A stretch of DNA of 64,000 bases from Candidatus Levyibacteriota bacterium (GTDB lineage Bacteria; Patescibacteriota; Microgenomatia; Levybacterales; UBA12049), in assembly GCA_016432345.1 (NCBI GenBank), contig CP066685.1:624236-688235 (forward strand). The letters are read 5' to 3'. This document shows, one piece after another, positions 1 to 8,701 of the stretch (its first letter is position 1; each line of letters starts with the position of its first letter). A model generated the notes under the pieces. It saw only the letters and a list, made by a program, of their open reading frames with translations. It ran no database searches and had not been told where the DNA came from. The position numbers were made by a program, and so were the translations under genes.

Positions 1-1544
1 TCGCGATATTCCCTTAATTGGTTTTGTATATCTTCTTCATGATCTATATAACTTTCAAGTGCTTGTCGCATTTTGTGCTCAAGATAGACTCTACAATATC
101 CTAAATAACTCTTTTTATATCCGAAAAATCGAGCTCTTTGCTGTAAAGTATCAGCATTCCCAATACCTGTGCTTCTAGGCATGTAGGTAACTGTTAATCC
201 TTCAACTGTGAATCCTCGATCCATTGCTTGACCACCAACGAGAATATATGAATAACTACCTTTCCAATCTATTAGAGGTGTTTGACCTCTACTAGCATTT
301 ACCTCTTGAACTCGTGTCCTCCTGATTGCTAAAGGAAGATATTCAAGCAAATTTTCAAAGGGAGGAAGACCATCAACTGTTTTTGATAAATCTTTATAAC
401 TCTCTTTAAACTCGCCTATTAAAGCCTGTTTATCGGGTTCGTTATCGGCAAGAGATAATTCGTTTTGAAATCTTTTCTGAATTTCGTATACCCATTGAAT
501 GAATTGACGATGACCAATTGTCGCCTGCGATGGATGAATAAGCATTGAACGATTTCCTTTACGATCTTGCCCAAGAACAATAGCTGTTGCTACCCCTAAG
601 AAAAACACCCTCAAAGATGACACAAGAGTTTCTGGGGGTATAAGATTGTTCAAATCAGGTTTCTCGCTATCCGGAATAGTATGAACAAGATCATTATGAT
701 CTCGAAAGAACTGTTTTCCTCCTACATAATCTGGGCCTGGTGTTAAAATTTCTGCAAAATCAGGAGAAAGGATATCGATTATACTTATAAGTAAGGGTGC
801 TTGAGGTGTAGCAGTATATTGTAAAAAAGTATGATTTGGTAATTGTTTACGAATCCCTAGAATACAGCCGTATGTTGTGCTTGTTTTCCCCTTTTTCACT
901 TGAGTGTTCATGCTAGCTTGATCAGCCTCGTCATCAATAACTAATACAGGTAACTCTGAAATATCCAAATCACCTAAAACTTTTGCTAGATTATTTAGAT
1001 GGGTGTGATTTTTCATAACCGTAATCAAAATAGTTTGGCAATTTTTATTAGCAACGAGAGGATCACGCCAATCTTCAATTACTCTTCTAATTGCATCTTC
1101 ATCGCTCCAACCCTTTGGATTATTAAATGATATCCATGCTCGATCAGAACGCTCATTAAAACGTAAGTCCTCCTGCAAACGTGTTTTTGACTGACCAGAC
1201 AATGGAACAGAAGTACCAGATATTACAATAAGAATTGGATACCCATTATCTCTTGCCATTGCAGACACTCCTGTAAATGACAATGTCTTACCGCTTTGTA
1301 CGTATCCAATTACTAATCCTGTTCCTGCTCCTGAATCAAGTGCTGGAGATACACATTTGCCTAGAATTCTTCGAGTTTCCTCTGTAAGGCTAGCCTTACT
1401 TTCTTCTGGTATATCTTTGAATTTAAGTAAGTCAAGAAATTCATTTCCAACCGTAGGTTCCCAAATTATTTGATTAAAATTTTGCTCAGTAACAATTTCT
1501 ATTGTTTCTGAATTATCTGGTTGTATTAAGTTATCTTTTTTCAT
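1..1544 (-). CDS. Z1-domain NTPase (partial; C-terminus runs off the window start)
   Basis: Absent from the ORF track because it has no stop inside the window. My translation of the minus strand from the ATG at 1544 stays open to position 1. Motifs: GLVIGYVQSGKTLSFTG (Walker A-like), LPVLVIDDEADQASMN (Walker B/DEAD-like), GGQAMDRGFTVEGLTVTYMPR (Z1-like). It starts 7 nt after the stop of the upstream GHKL gene. Confidence 0.7.
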   Translation of the reverse strand, partial: MKKDNLIQPDNSETIEIVTEQNFNQIIWEPTVGNEFLDLLKFKDIPEESKASLTEETRRILGKCVSPALDSGAGTGLVIGYVQSGKTLSFTGVSAMARDNGYPILIVISGTSVPLSGQSKTRLQEDLRFNERSDRAWISFNNPKGWSDEDAIRRVIEDWRDPLVANKNCQTILITVMKNHTHLNNLAKVLGDLDISELPVLVIDDEADQASMNTQVKKGKTSTTYGCILGIRKQLPNHTFLQYTATPQAPLLISIIDILSPDFAEILTPGPDYVGGKQFFRDHNDLVHTIPDSEKPDLNNLIPPETLVSSLRVFFLGVATAIVLGQDRKGNRSMLIHPSQATIGHRQFIQWVYEIQKRFQNELSLADNEPDKQALIGEFKESYKDLSKTVDGLPPFENLLEYLPLAIRRTRVQEVNASRGQTPLIDWKGSYSYILVGGQAMDRGFTVEGLTVTYMPRSTGIGNADTLQQRARFFGYKKSYLGYCRVYLEHKMRQALESYIDHEEDIQNQLREYR

Positions 1545-1550
1545 AATTTC

Positions 1551-3092
1551 TTAAGGTTTGGACAGGGCATCTTTGAGATATTGATTAATATTTCTTCGCA
1601 GGGTACTTAATCCTCTAATTCCACTTTGCGCCGCTGTAACTTCTGCCAAAACAATAGCAGTTGCAACGCGTAGAAGTGCCTCTACTTTTTCTGGGTCTGC
1701 ACCTGAAAATTGCACCATAAATGGATGTACTAGCGACATCCTTATTCCAACTTTCCATACATCTTGATCTAAGCTGGGTTGGTTGGAAATATCTACCCAA
1801 TCATCAATTGAAGGGTCAATAGACAAATCTAATGTTATTTCCCAAGGGGTGTTATTTATCTCAAGTTTAATTATTCGTTTAGATGCTTGAGTTGCTTTAG
1901 ATAATTCAATTGGGGGAGTACTTTCGTCTATGGGTGAATCTAGTTGGGATCCAATAACTTGGGGCATTTCTCTTTCTATAACCTCTGCTGTATGCTTTGT
2001 TGCTGATTCAGCTGCACGACGAAGTTCACCCGGACGAGGATTGACTCTATGACCCTCGGCTTGTTTCAAAAGAGGAATAGGTTCTGCATCTAAGTGTTCC
2101 TCAAGTAGTTCCAAAAACGCCTCTTCGTTATCTTCCCACCTAAAACCATCTTTTGTATGGCTTACATCAAACCCTTCTAAATGCAATTCACCATATAATC
2201 GTTGATAAAGAAAACTATTTGGCTTTTTGAAAATAAATTCTGGTCTATATCCTTCATCACCACTTCCTTGAATCACTCTTGATCGACGAAATAAGGCGAA
2301 TCCGGCTTTTGATATGTTAGCTGTTTCTCTAATTGCAGCAAACCCTGACGCGCTTAGTCCTCCTCCTAGATCAAAATTTATTTCTTTTCTCCACTCAATT
2401 TGTGGTCCAAGTTCATCTTTATAGTAAGAAGCTTTTAATATTTCTGGTTCTGAGTAAGACAGGGGATCACCATCAAAAGTAAGTTCTAATATCCCTTTTC
2501 GAAAAAAATCTCTATAAATACTAGCTAGGTGTTCTTTGATTTTAGATATTGTTTTTCCATGAAGGGGTCTATGCAAACCTGACAATGTAACTCGTGTAAA
2601 ATGGATATCTTTATCTTTAGGAGTTGTTTTAATTGTCAACTCTTCCAACGAATCTTGAATAATTTTATTAACGTCAAAATAGACTTCTCGGGCAACCTCT
2701 TCTCCCAATGCACCTGTTCTTACAGTAAATTTTTCTGCGAACCAGCACGCTGCACTCTTCATTCCCATTCCAAATTCATTAAGACCCGAGGTTTCAGGAG
2801 GGACGGCAGCGGGGCGAAATGCTCTAGCATAGTCACCCCTATAGATACCTGCTGCATTATCACTAATTGTAATTTTTCCATCATCAGTCGGATCGATATC
2901 TATACTAACTATCAATTTGAAATCAGAACCTTCTAGTATCTGAAGTTCTGTTGAATGCTCTAGGTAACTTTGGATAGCATTATCAACAAATTCAGCTAAA
3001 GCAAACCAAGGTTTGTAGTTCAGATGCTTAAGCACAGATAAAATGCTGACACCTGGGCGGATATTTATGCTATCAATCGATGCAGAGTCCAT
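1551..3092 (-). CDS. GHKL/Bergerat-fold ATPase (HATPase_c_3-like), Dcm-associated
   Basis: 513 aa. The N-terminus WFALAEFVDNAIQSY and ISDNAAGI...GMGMKSA resemble the N-box and G-boxes of GHKL ATPases. It lies between dcm and the Z1 gene on the same strand. Confidence 0.7.
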   Translation of the reverse strand: MDSASIDSINIRPGVSILSVLKHLNYKPWFALAEFVDNAIQSYLEHSTELQILEGSDFKLIVSIDIDPTDDGKITISDNAAGIYRGDYARAFRPAAVPPETSGLNEFGMGMKSAACWFAEKFTVRTGALGEEVAREVYFDVNKIIQDSLEELTIKTTPKDKDIHFTRVTLSGLHRPLHGKTISKIKEHLASIYRDFFRKGILELTFDGDPLSYSEPEILKASYYKDELGPQIEWRKEINFDLGGGLSASGFAAIRETANISKAGFALFRRSRVIQGSGDEGYRPEFIFKKPNSFLYQRLYGELHLEGFDVSHTKDGFRWEDNEEAFLELLEEHLDAEPIPLLKQAEGHRVNPRPGELRRAAESATKHTAEVIEREMPQVIGSQLDSPIDESTPPIELSKATQASKRIIKLEINNTPWEITLDLSIDPSIDDWVDISNQPSLDQDVWKVGIRMSLVHPFMVQFSGADPEKVEALLRVATAIVLAEVTAAQSGIRGLSTLRRNINQYLKDALSKP

Positions 3093-3141
3093 ATTTTGCT
3101 TTTGCCAGGATTATTATAGTAAAACCAGATGAAAAATGATA

Positions 3142-4476
3142 CTAGGCTGTCCGATCAATAGAAGCGAAACGAGGGATATAATATTCATCATGGCCGATTC
3201 GTTTATTTGCTAAATCATCATCCTGCAGCAGAGAGCCAGCGATACTTTCTACTATCTTAACATTTACCGCGTTACCTAGCGCCTCAAAGGCTTTAGTTTG
3301 GTTGTCTGGCAAATAAGATAGATCTTGCATACTTTGCAATCTTGAGCATTCTTTAGGTGTCATATATCTCTTTTCCCAACCAATTATTGGGACTTGAGTA
3401 GAAGTCATAGATACAAGGGTTGGAGAAGTTGTTGGTCTTTTAACTCTGACACCAGATGCCCTAAATTGGATTACGTACTTCCAGATATTCCTTTTTCCAT
3501 CTACACAGTTCCACTCCAGTTTCTGCAAGCTGGAGGGAAACCGCAAAATTTCAGGCATCCATTTATCAATCCACTCTTTGTGTTTTTTGTAAAAATCCCT
3601 ATTCTGTCTTATAAAATCAATTTTCCAATCAGGAAATTTCTCCTGTTCGGTTCTCGCATGAGAAGGTAGAGCGCTCATGATCTGGTCATCTGGTAGATTA
3701 CTTAAATCTTGGCCGTGGCTTCCTTTATATTTTTTCAGTTCACTTATTCCCATTACATGGGGTGTTGTATCCTGAAAAGGATAGGTAGCCCCAAATTCCA
3801 TTGACCATAAAGGAGATGGAACTTTTACATCAGTTGGAACCAGATCTAAAAATTTTTGCCAAGTGTTAAGACAATCTTTTACCTGTTTTGACAAGGTTCT
3901 AGCATTCGAAGGTTTGTAATTCAAAATTGATCTGATTGATAATTTTTTGTTAGTTTCTTCTTTAGGCCATGAGAAATGGAGAAGTCCTTTTCTACTGCCC
4001 ACAATAAAAAATCTCTCGCGAATTTGAGGTATGTTAAACCTATGAGGGGATAGTTGCTTAGCGTCTATAATGTAGCCAATATTCTCTAGCTGTTTTTTGA
4101 TTAACTTCCAAGTACTACCATTATTGTGTGTCTGAATGTTTGCAACATTTTCTAGCATTATATAGGATGGCTTATGGTATTTGATAATTTTTAGGACATA
4201 CTCAAAAAGATCACCATTTCTTGGACAATCAAATCCTTGCTGATCTCCAGCTTTAGAAAATGGCTGACAAGGGAAACCAGCACACAAAATGTCGTGTTGA
4301 GGAATACTTTTAATCGCTACGTTCCGTATATCACCCGTAGGTTTAATTCCAAAGTTTTTTTCGTAGAGTTGTATAAGTTGATGATCTATTTCGCTTGCAA
4401 AAACACAAGTATGCCCGAGGTCGTTCAATGCTTGATGAAAACCGCCTAGGCCAGCAAATAGGTCAATAAATTTCAT
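3142..4476 (-). CDS. dcm: DNA (cytosine-5)-methyltransferase
   Basis: 444 aa. Canonical m5C MTase motifs: FIDLFAGLGGF (motif I), GFPCQPFSKAG (motif IV, catalytic PC), MLENV (VI), QIRERFFIVG (VIII), LGNAVNV (X). Confidence 0.95.
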   Translation of the reverse strand: MKFIDLFAGLGGFHQALNDLGHTCVFASEIDHQLIQLYEKNFGIKPTGDIRNVAIKSIPQHDILCAGFPCQPFSKAGDQQGFDCPRNGDLFEYVLKIIKYHKPSYIMLENVANIQTHNNGSTWKLIKKQLENIGYIIDAKQLSPHRFNIPQIRERFFIVGSRKGLLHFSWPKEETNKKLSIRSILNYKPSNARTLSKQVKDCLNTWQKFLDLVPTDVKVPSPLWSMEFGATYPFQDTTPHVMGISELKKYKGSHGQDLSNLPDDQIMSALPSHARTEQEKFPDWKIDFIRQNRDFYKKHKEWIDKWMPEILRFPSSLQKLEWNCVDGKRNIWKYVIQFRASGVRVKRPTTSPTLVSMTSTQVPIIGWEKRYMTPKECSRLQSMQDLSYLPDNQTKAFEALGNAVNVKIVESIAGSLLQDDDLANKRIGHDEYYIPRFASIDRTA

Positions 4477-4708
4477 ATTTTCAAGCTTTCAAAAGAAATG
4501 TATACTTTAATAGTATCAGGTTTATAAGTAAGGAAAGCAACCAACAATATTAAGAATAGAACAATAATACTTTGATACGCAAGATACCAACTTTATATCA
4601 AACTATCCCGAAAAGCTGTATGGTCTTAGGCTTTATTTTTGTTAGCATCTTGAAGGTTATACAAATTTAGCAAAAACATCTGTCAAAAATTATAAATCAA
4701 AATACCAG

Positions 4709-5521
4709 CTAATTCTCAGAATTAAGCTTTTCTATTCTAAAACCAAACCTACGTTTTCTCCCAGATTCACCATTGGTAACAACTGGGATAAGTCCCTCAA
4801 AAGACTTCGATGCCAAAGCTAAAATAATAAATTCCTGTAAAAAACAAAAGATGTTGTCATATACGATGTTGATGAATTCCCTAGCAGACATATTTTCTCC
4901 TACAGTTGGGTATTCTTTTACAGGTTTACCTCTTACAATCGTCACTGATAGCGGAGAGACTGTCGAGACCCCGTGATGTTCGGACTTTGTTCTTTGATCT
5001 CGCAATTTTCTCATCCATGGCTCACTATTTTCAATAAGAGCAATTAATTTTGCTACTCTCGGCTGAGATGGAATAGGAACGTTTCTTAAGGAAGCAGCTA
5101 CATTTTTACCAGCATTTTTATATGTAGGTAAATCAATTCCCCAGAGTGGTCTAAGTATTTTTACGGCTGAATCTAATGCAGCCTTTGAATTGCTTACCAC
5201 TTCTTCTACGGCTCCTTCCAACTCAACAGATTTGTCCTGATGAGTAAGGTGAATACTACTTTTATCTTTCTCTGCTCTTTTTATGAGAGCACTCATCTTT
5301 ACCTCCTCAAGTGACTCATAGCGGTCTACAGCTTCTGCGACTTTACCTAATTTCTTCATTACTGAGATAATAGGTTCAATAATTTCACCTTTTTTGTCTT
5401 CCGGTAATTCAAGAAATTTATTAAATTCATGGCAAAGATATGTGAAGCCTCCACCAATTTCCTTACCTTTTTCACTATCCATTTTAAATAGAGAAGTCAA
5501 TGTTCCCGTGATTTGATTCAT
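4709..5521 (-). CDS. hypothetical protein (no recognisable motif)
   Basis: 270-aa ORF, soluble and charged. It stands alone between the Dcm operon and the T4SS-like operon. Confidence 0.5.
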   Translation of the reverse strand: MNQITGTLTSLFKMDSEKGKEIGGGFTYLCHEFNKFLELPEDKKGEIIEPIISVMKKLGKVAEAVDRYESLEEVKMSALIKRAEKDKSSIHLTHQDKSVELEGAVEEVVSNSKAALDSAVKILRPLWGIDLPTYKNAGKNVAASLRNVPIPSQPRVAKLIALIENSEPWMRKLRDQRTKSEHHGVSTVSPLSVTIVRGKPVKEYPTVGENMSAREFINIVYDNIFCFLQEFIILALASKSFEGLIPVVTNGESGRKRRFGFRIEKLNSEN

Positions 5522-5686
5522 GACACCTAGTATAGCAGAAGAGAGAGGAATCCTTCGACAAGAGCAGCGTCAAAGCAAAAAGTTCTGTTTTTAGATAGCA
5601 CTTCAGTTGGCTGAGCACCATGGTAAAATCCTTACATTTAAGATAGACTTAAGCAAGTTATCTTTTGCACACTATCAAGTGAGCCG

Positions 5687-5715
5687 TTGACTTTTGCATA
5701 TCCCTCTGCTAGATT
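5687..5715 (+). promoter_or_regulatory. sigma70-like promoter candidate upstream of the T4SS-like operon
   Basis: TTGACT (5687-5692), 17-nt spacer, TAGATT (5710-5715). Confidence 0.3.
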
Positions 5716-5728
5716 GCAAGTATAAACT

Positions 5729-5756
5729 GCTGCCCATAAAAAGGCAGCTTTTTTTG
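5729..5756 (+). terminator. intrinsic-terminator-like hairpin between the promoter candidate and the pilin-like gene
   Basis: GCTGCC (5729-5734), 8-nt loop, GGCAGC (5743-5748), followed by a T7 run. Confidence 0.35.
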
Positions 5757-5801
5757 TTGTCTTTATTCCTGCCCAAACCTATATGAAAGGAGGAAGGAAA
5801 C

Positions 5802-6086
5802 ATGGGAAATAATATTCCAGGATACAACTCAGCTCAACCAATACAATTTCAAAATCTTGATGCTCTCCTGTGGGGTGTTGTTAAAACTTTACAGTATTAT
5901 TCACTTCCAGTCATGGCTTTATCAATTGCAGTACTAGGCATTGCACTCATTGCTAGTGGAGATGATACCGAAAGAAAATCCAAGCTTCGTGGTTGGATCT
6001 TTAACATTTTGATTGGTGGTTTGTTGGTATTTGGCGCAACAACGTTGGCATCAATACTCAAACAATTCTTGGGTGGTGCAGCCTAA
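5802..6086 (+). CDS. VirB2/TrbC-like pilin-type small membrane protein
   Basis: 94 aa with a strong RBS (GAAAGGAGGAAGG) upstream. It has two hydrophobic helices separated by a short charged loop (GDDTERKSK), which is the VirB2/TrbC topology. First gene of the operon that contains VirB4. Confidence 0.55.
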   Translation: MGNNIPGYNSAQPIQFQNLDALLWGVVKTLQYYSLPVMALSIAVLGIALIASGDDTERKSKLRGWIFNILIGGLLVFGATTLASILKQFLGGAA

Positions 6087-6119
6087 AACTAACCGTTTTA
6101 ATGACCTTGTTTTCAACTT

Positions 6120-7895
6120 ATGAAAATTGTTGCTTTTGCGGGCTTTATTGTCATATCTTTATTCTTTCCTTCTTTTGCCTATGCCCAAACAGCCAGTCCT
6201 ACTCCTACGCCACAACCAGCTCCTGTTATCCAATGGACAAATGAATTTACTGTCCAAAATGAACCATCCTCTGTTATCTCTTTACTGAAAAATTTTATTG
6301 AAGGCTTTGACTCTTTTTTAGGAGGCTTTATCTTTTATACTCCTGATCCATTGGCTTCGACCATTAAATTAAAAGATGACTCAGAAATACCAGGCGTTGG
6401 TAAATACCGAGATATTTTCTATCAAATAGCAATTCCTATCCTGGCAATCATTATTGCCGGGATTGCGATGGCAAAAATTGGCATGGATAACACTCATGAA
6501 TTAAAGGCCTTTGCCATCAGATTTTTAATTGTTATAGCTTTGTTTTTAACAGTGCCACTCGTTCTTTCCTACAGCATCCAGTTTAATAATCTGCTTGTTG
6601 CTAAAATATCAGATACCCAAAAGTTTACCGTCTTTTTAGATGACTATTTTGATAAATCTCAGGAGAAAATAACAGCGGGTGAGAGTTCTGAAAGCTTTGG
6701 TATTCCCTCATTTGATCTTTCTTTAAAAAGCGGTATTTTTAAATCCCTCGGCACGTTTATTGTCCAAATATTCTTATTTGCCCTCACATTTTTATTCCTC
6801 CTGTGTGGCTTTGTCTATTTAGGATTTCTATTTATTATTCGTTTTGCCACTCTGTTATTTTTAGGCATTATTTACCCTGTGATCTTACCTTTTGCTCTAT
6901 CTGAACGAACGCAACCCATTGTCTACTCCTTCTTTAAAACCTGGTTTACCTTTCTTATTCAACAGCCTGCTTTTGTGTTAGGTTTTGCCATTGCCACAGA
7001 TATTTTTAGCGCCATCCTAAATGCCAAAGGCCCAAGTGTTGGAATGTTATTTTTCTACACAGGATTCTTGTTTTTCTTAGGAGGTGTTAATATGTTGGTT
7101 GCCAGAATTTTTGGCGATGTGTGGACAGCAGCATCAACCAATATGGTAGCAGCTATTTCTGCCAGGACTGTGACACAACCAATTTCATCAACCTTTGGAG
7201 ATTTCAAAAAAGGCTTGCTGGGAGGAAGTGTCTCAAGCTTGGTTGGTAGACAAGTGAGAGGATTTGCCAGTGGAACTAAAAAGAAAGAAGAGGATACTAG
7301 TTCTGGTGGAACAGGTTCTAACCAGCCTTCTTCTATACCTAATTCTTACGTTTCCTCAAACAACAATCAATCAGGCGGTAGTAAATACGCCCATCCAACA
7401 AAAGAGGGATTAAGTGTTCCGGTGTTTTCTCAAAAACTGGCTAACAAAGGATTACGCGTTGAACCAATTAATCAAAAACAAGGAGTTGTCAGTGTAACAG
7501 GTGAAGCATTTAAGTATCAGGATAACAAAACAGGCATGACTTCATATTATCCAACCAGAACAGAGGCAATCCAAGATGGCGTACCAGACAAGAAATTAGA
7601 AAAAGTAAATTTGCAGGATGCCCAGTTTATTGATCTATCCTCTTTTGGCAAGTTTAATCCTAATCCCCATAATTTTAATGCCATGCAGGAATCCAAGAAA
7701 AAAGGCAAAGAATTAAACTATGCCTTTATTAACAAGTCCAGTCCTCCACAAAAAGTAAGAAACTTTTTAGACATGGCAAAGGAAAGAAACTCCGCTTATG
7801 GTATCCAGGGAGTAATTGTAGAACGCCAAGCAGCCAAAGGTTCTGATCCAGTAATTAGGATGTATTCCCAAGATAACAAAGGAGGAAAATCATGA
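6120..7895 (+). CDS. VirB6/TrbL-like polytopic membrane protein with hydrophilic C-terminal extension
   Basis: 591 aa. It has a signal-like N-terminus, at least 6 predicted TM helices, and a ~200-aa Ser/Asn/Gly/Lys-rich tail. The call rests on its operon position between the pilin-like gene and VirB3/B4-like genes; its stop overlaps the next start (ATGA). Confidence 0.55.
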   Translation: MKIVAFAGFIVISLFFPSFAYAQTASPTPTPQPAPVIQWTNEFTVQNEPSSVISLLKNFIEGFDSFLGGFIFYTPDPLASTIKLKDDSEIPGVGKYRDIFYQIAIPILAIIIAGIAMAKIGMDNTHELKAFAIRFLIVIALFLTVPLVLSYSIQFNNLLVAKISDTQKFTVFLDDYFDKSQEKITAGESSESFGIPSFDLSLKSGIFKSLGTFIVQIFLFALTFLFLLCGFVYLGFLFIIRFATLLFLGIIYPVILPFALSERTQPIVYSFFKTWFTFLIQQPAFVLGFAIATDIFSAILNAKGPSVGMLFFYTGFLFFLGGVNMLVARIFGDVWTAASTNMVAAISARTVTQPISSTFGDFKKGLLGGSVSSLVGRQVRGFASGTKKKEEDTSSGGTGSNQPSSIPNSYVSSNNNQSGGSKYAHPTKEGLSVPVFSQKLANKGLRVEPINQKQGVVSVTGEAFKYQDNKTGMTSYYPTRTEAIQDGVPDKKLEKVNLQDAQFIDLSSFGKFNPNPHNFNAMQESKKKGKELNYAFINKSSPPQKVRNFLDMAKERNSAYGIQGVIVERQAAKGSDPVIRMYSQDNKGGKS

Positions 7896-8701
7896 AAAGT
7901 GTGCGAATTTATAAAGATGATATTAGAACCCATATTCTACGAAGTTTGTTTTTTACCGATACAGCATTAGTGGTTATAGGCAGTATTGTGATTGGAGCAC
8001 TACTGTACTTTTTATTCGTCTATGTTTTCCATTCTTTTAATTGGGGCTACTATATTTCCTCGCTATTTTTAGGCGTTCTTTGTTTTATCCTTTTTATTAC
8101 CCAACGAATTGATAATCAGCCAATATTTAAAGTAGTGCCAAGAGCAATCAGGTTTACTACAGGGAAGAAAAATCAACGCTTCGCTGATTTAGAAGATTAT
8201 TTTGTTGATTTTACGATCAAAGATAACTTGATTGTGCGAGACAACACCATTATTGGGGTCTATGAGATAGAACCATTTGATGTAGCTCTTTTGAATGAGC
8301 AAGATAGAGAACATTTTTATGTCAAATTAAAACAGGCTATTCACATTCTGTCTTCCCAGATTCAACTGATTGTTAAAAAAGACCAGGCAAAAACGACAGA
8401 TTACTCAAATCACTTTTTCTCCCTCTATGAAAGTTCCTCCAAGAAGCGGGAGCAACTGATTAATCAATACCTTGAAGACCTAACTACTATTATTGATGAA
8501 AATCACTTTATGATGACACGTCACTTCGCAGTCTTATCAATCCCTTGTGACCCAACAAAGCCAAATAGCTTAGTCCAGGGAGTCAAAAGACTTAATGATC
8601 TTTCACTTCGTTTTGCTCAATCCCTAGCTCTTTGTAATATTTCTATCCAGGCTTTGGAAAATGAGCAGTTAAAACACTTTATGAAGGAGACGCTGCGATG
8701 A
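7892..8701 (+). CDS. VirB3/PrgI-like membrane protein with VirB4-N-terminal-like extension
   Basis: 269 aa with two N-terminal TM helices. The following segment (IGVYEIEPFDVALLNEQDREHFYVKLKQAI) resembles the N-terminal domain usually found in VirB4-family ATPases. Start and stop overlap both neighbours. Confidence 0.5.
   Translation: MKSVRIYKDDIRTHILRSLFFTDTALVVIGSIVIGALLYFLFVYVFHSFNWGYYISSLFLGVLCFILFITQRIDNQPIFKVVPRAIRFTTGKKNQRFADLEDYFVDFTIKDNLIVRDNTIIGVYEIEPFDVALLNEQDREHFYVKLKQAIHILSSQIQLIVKKDQAKTTDYSNHFFSLYESSSKKREQLINQYLEDLTTIIDENHFMMTRHFAVLSIPCDPTKPNSLVQGVKRLNDLSLRFAQSLALCNISIQALENEQLKHFMKETLR

Noticed and set aside
2601-2936. Numerous 60-180-aa ORFs nested antisense or out of frame inside larger genes. 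Examples: 1615-1800, 2601-2936, 3394-3669, 10230-10511, 12030-12335, 43681-44160, 45369-45833, 47821-48219, 53813-54346, 57256-57567.
   Set aside because: Each lies wholly inside a longer ORF that carries clear family motifs. They have low-complexity or odd composition and no RBS. This is typical shadow-ORF noise in an AT-rich genome.
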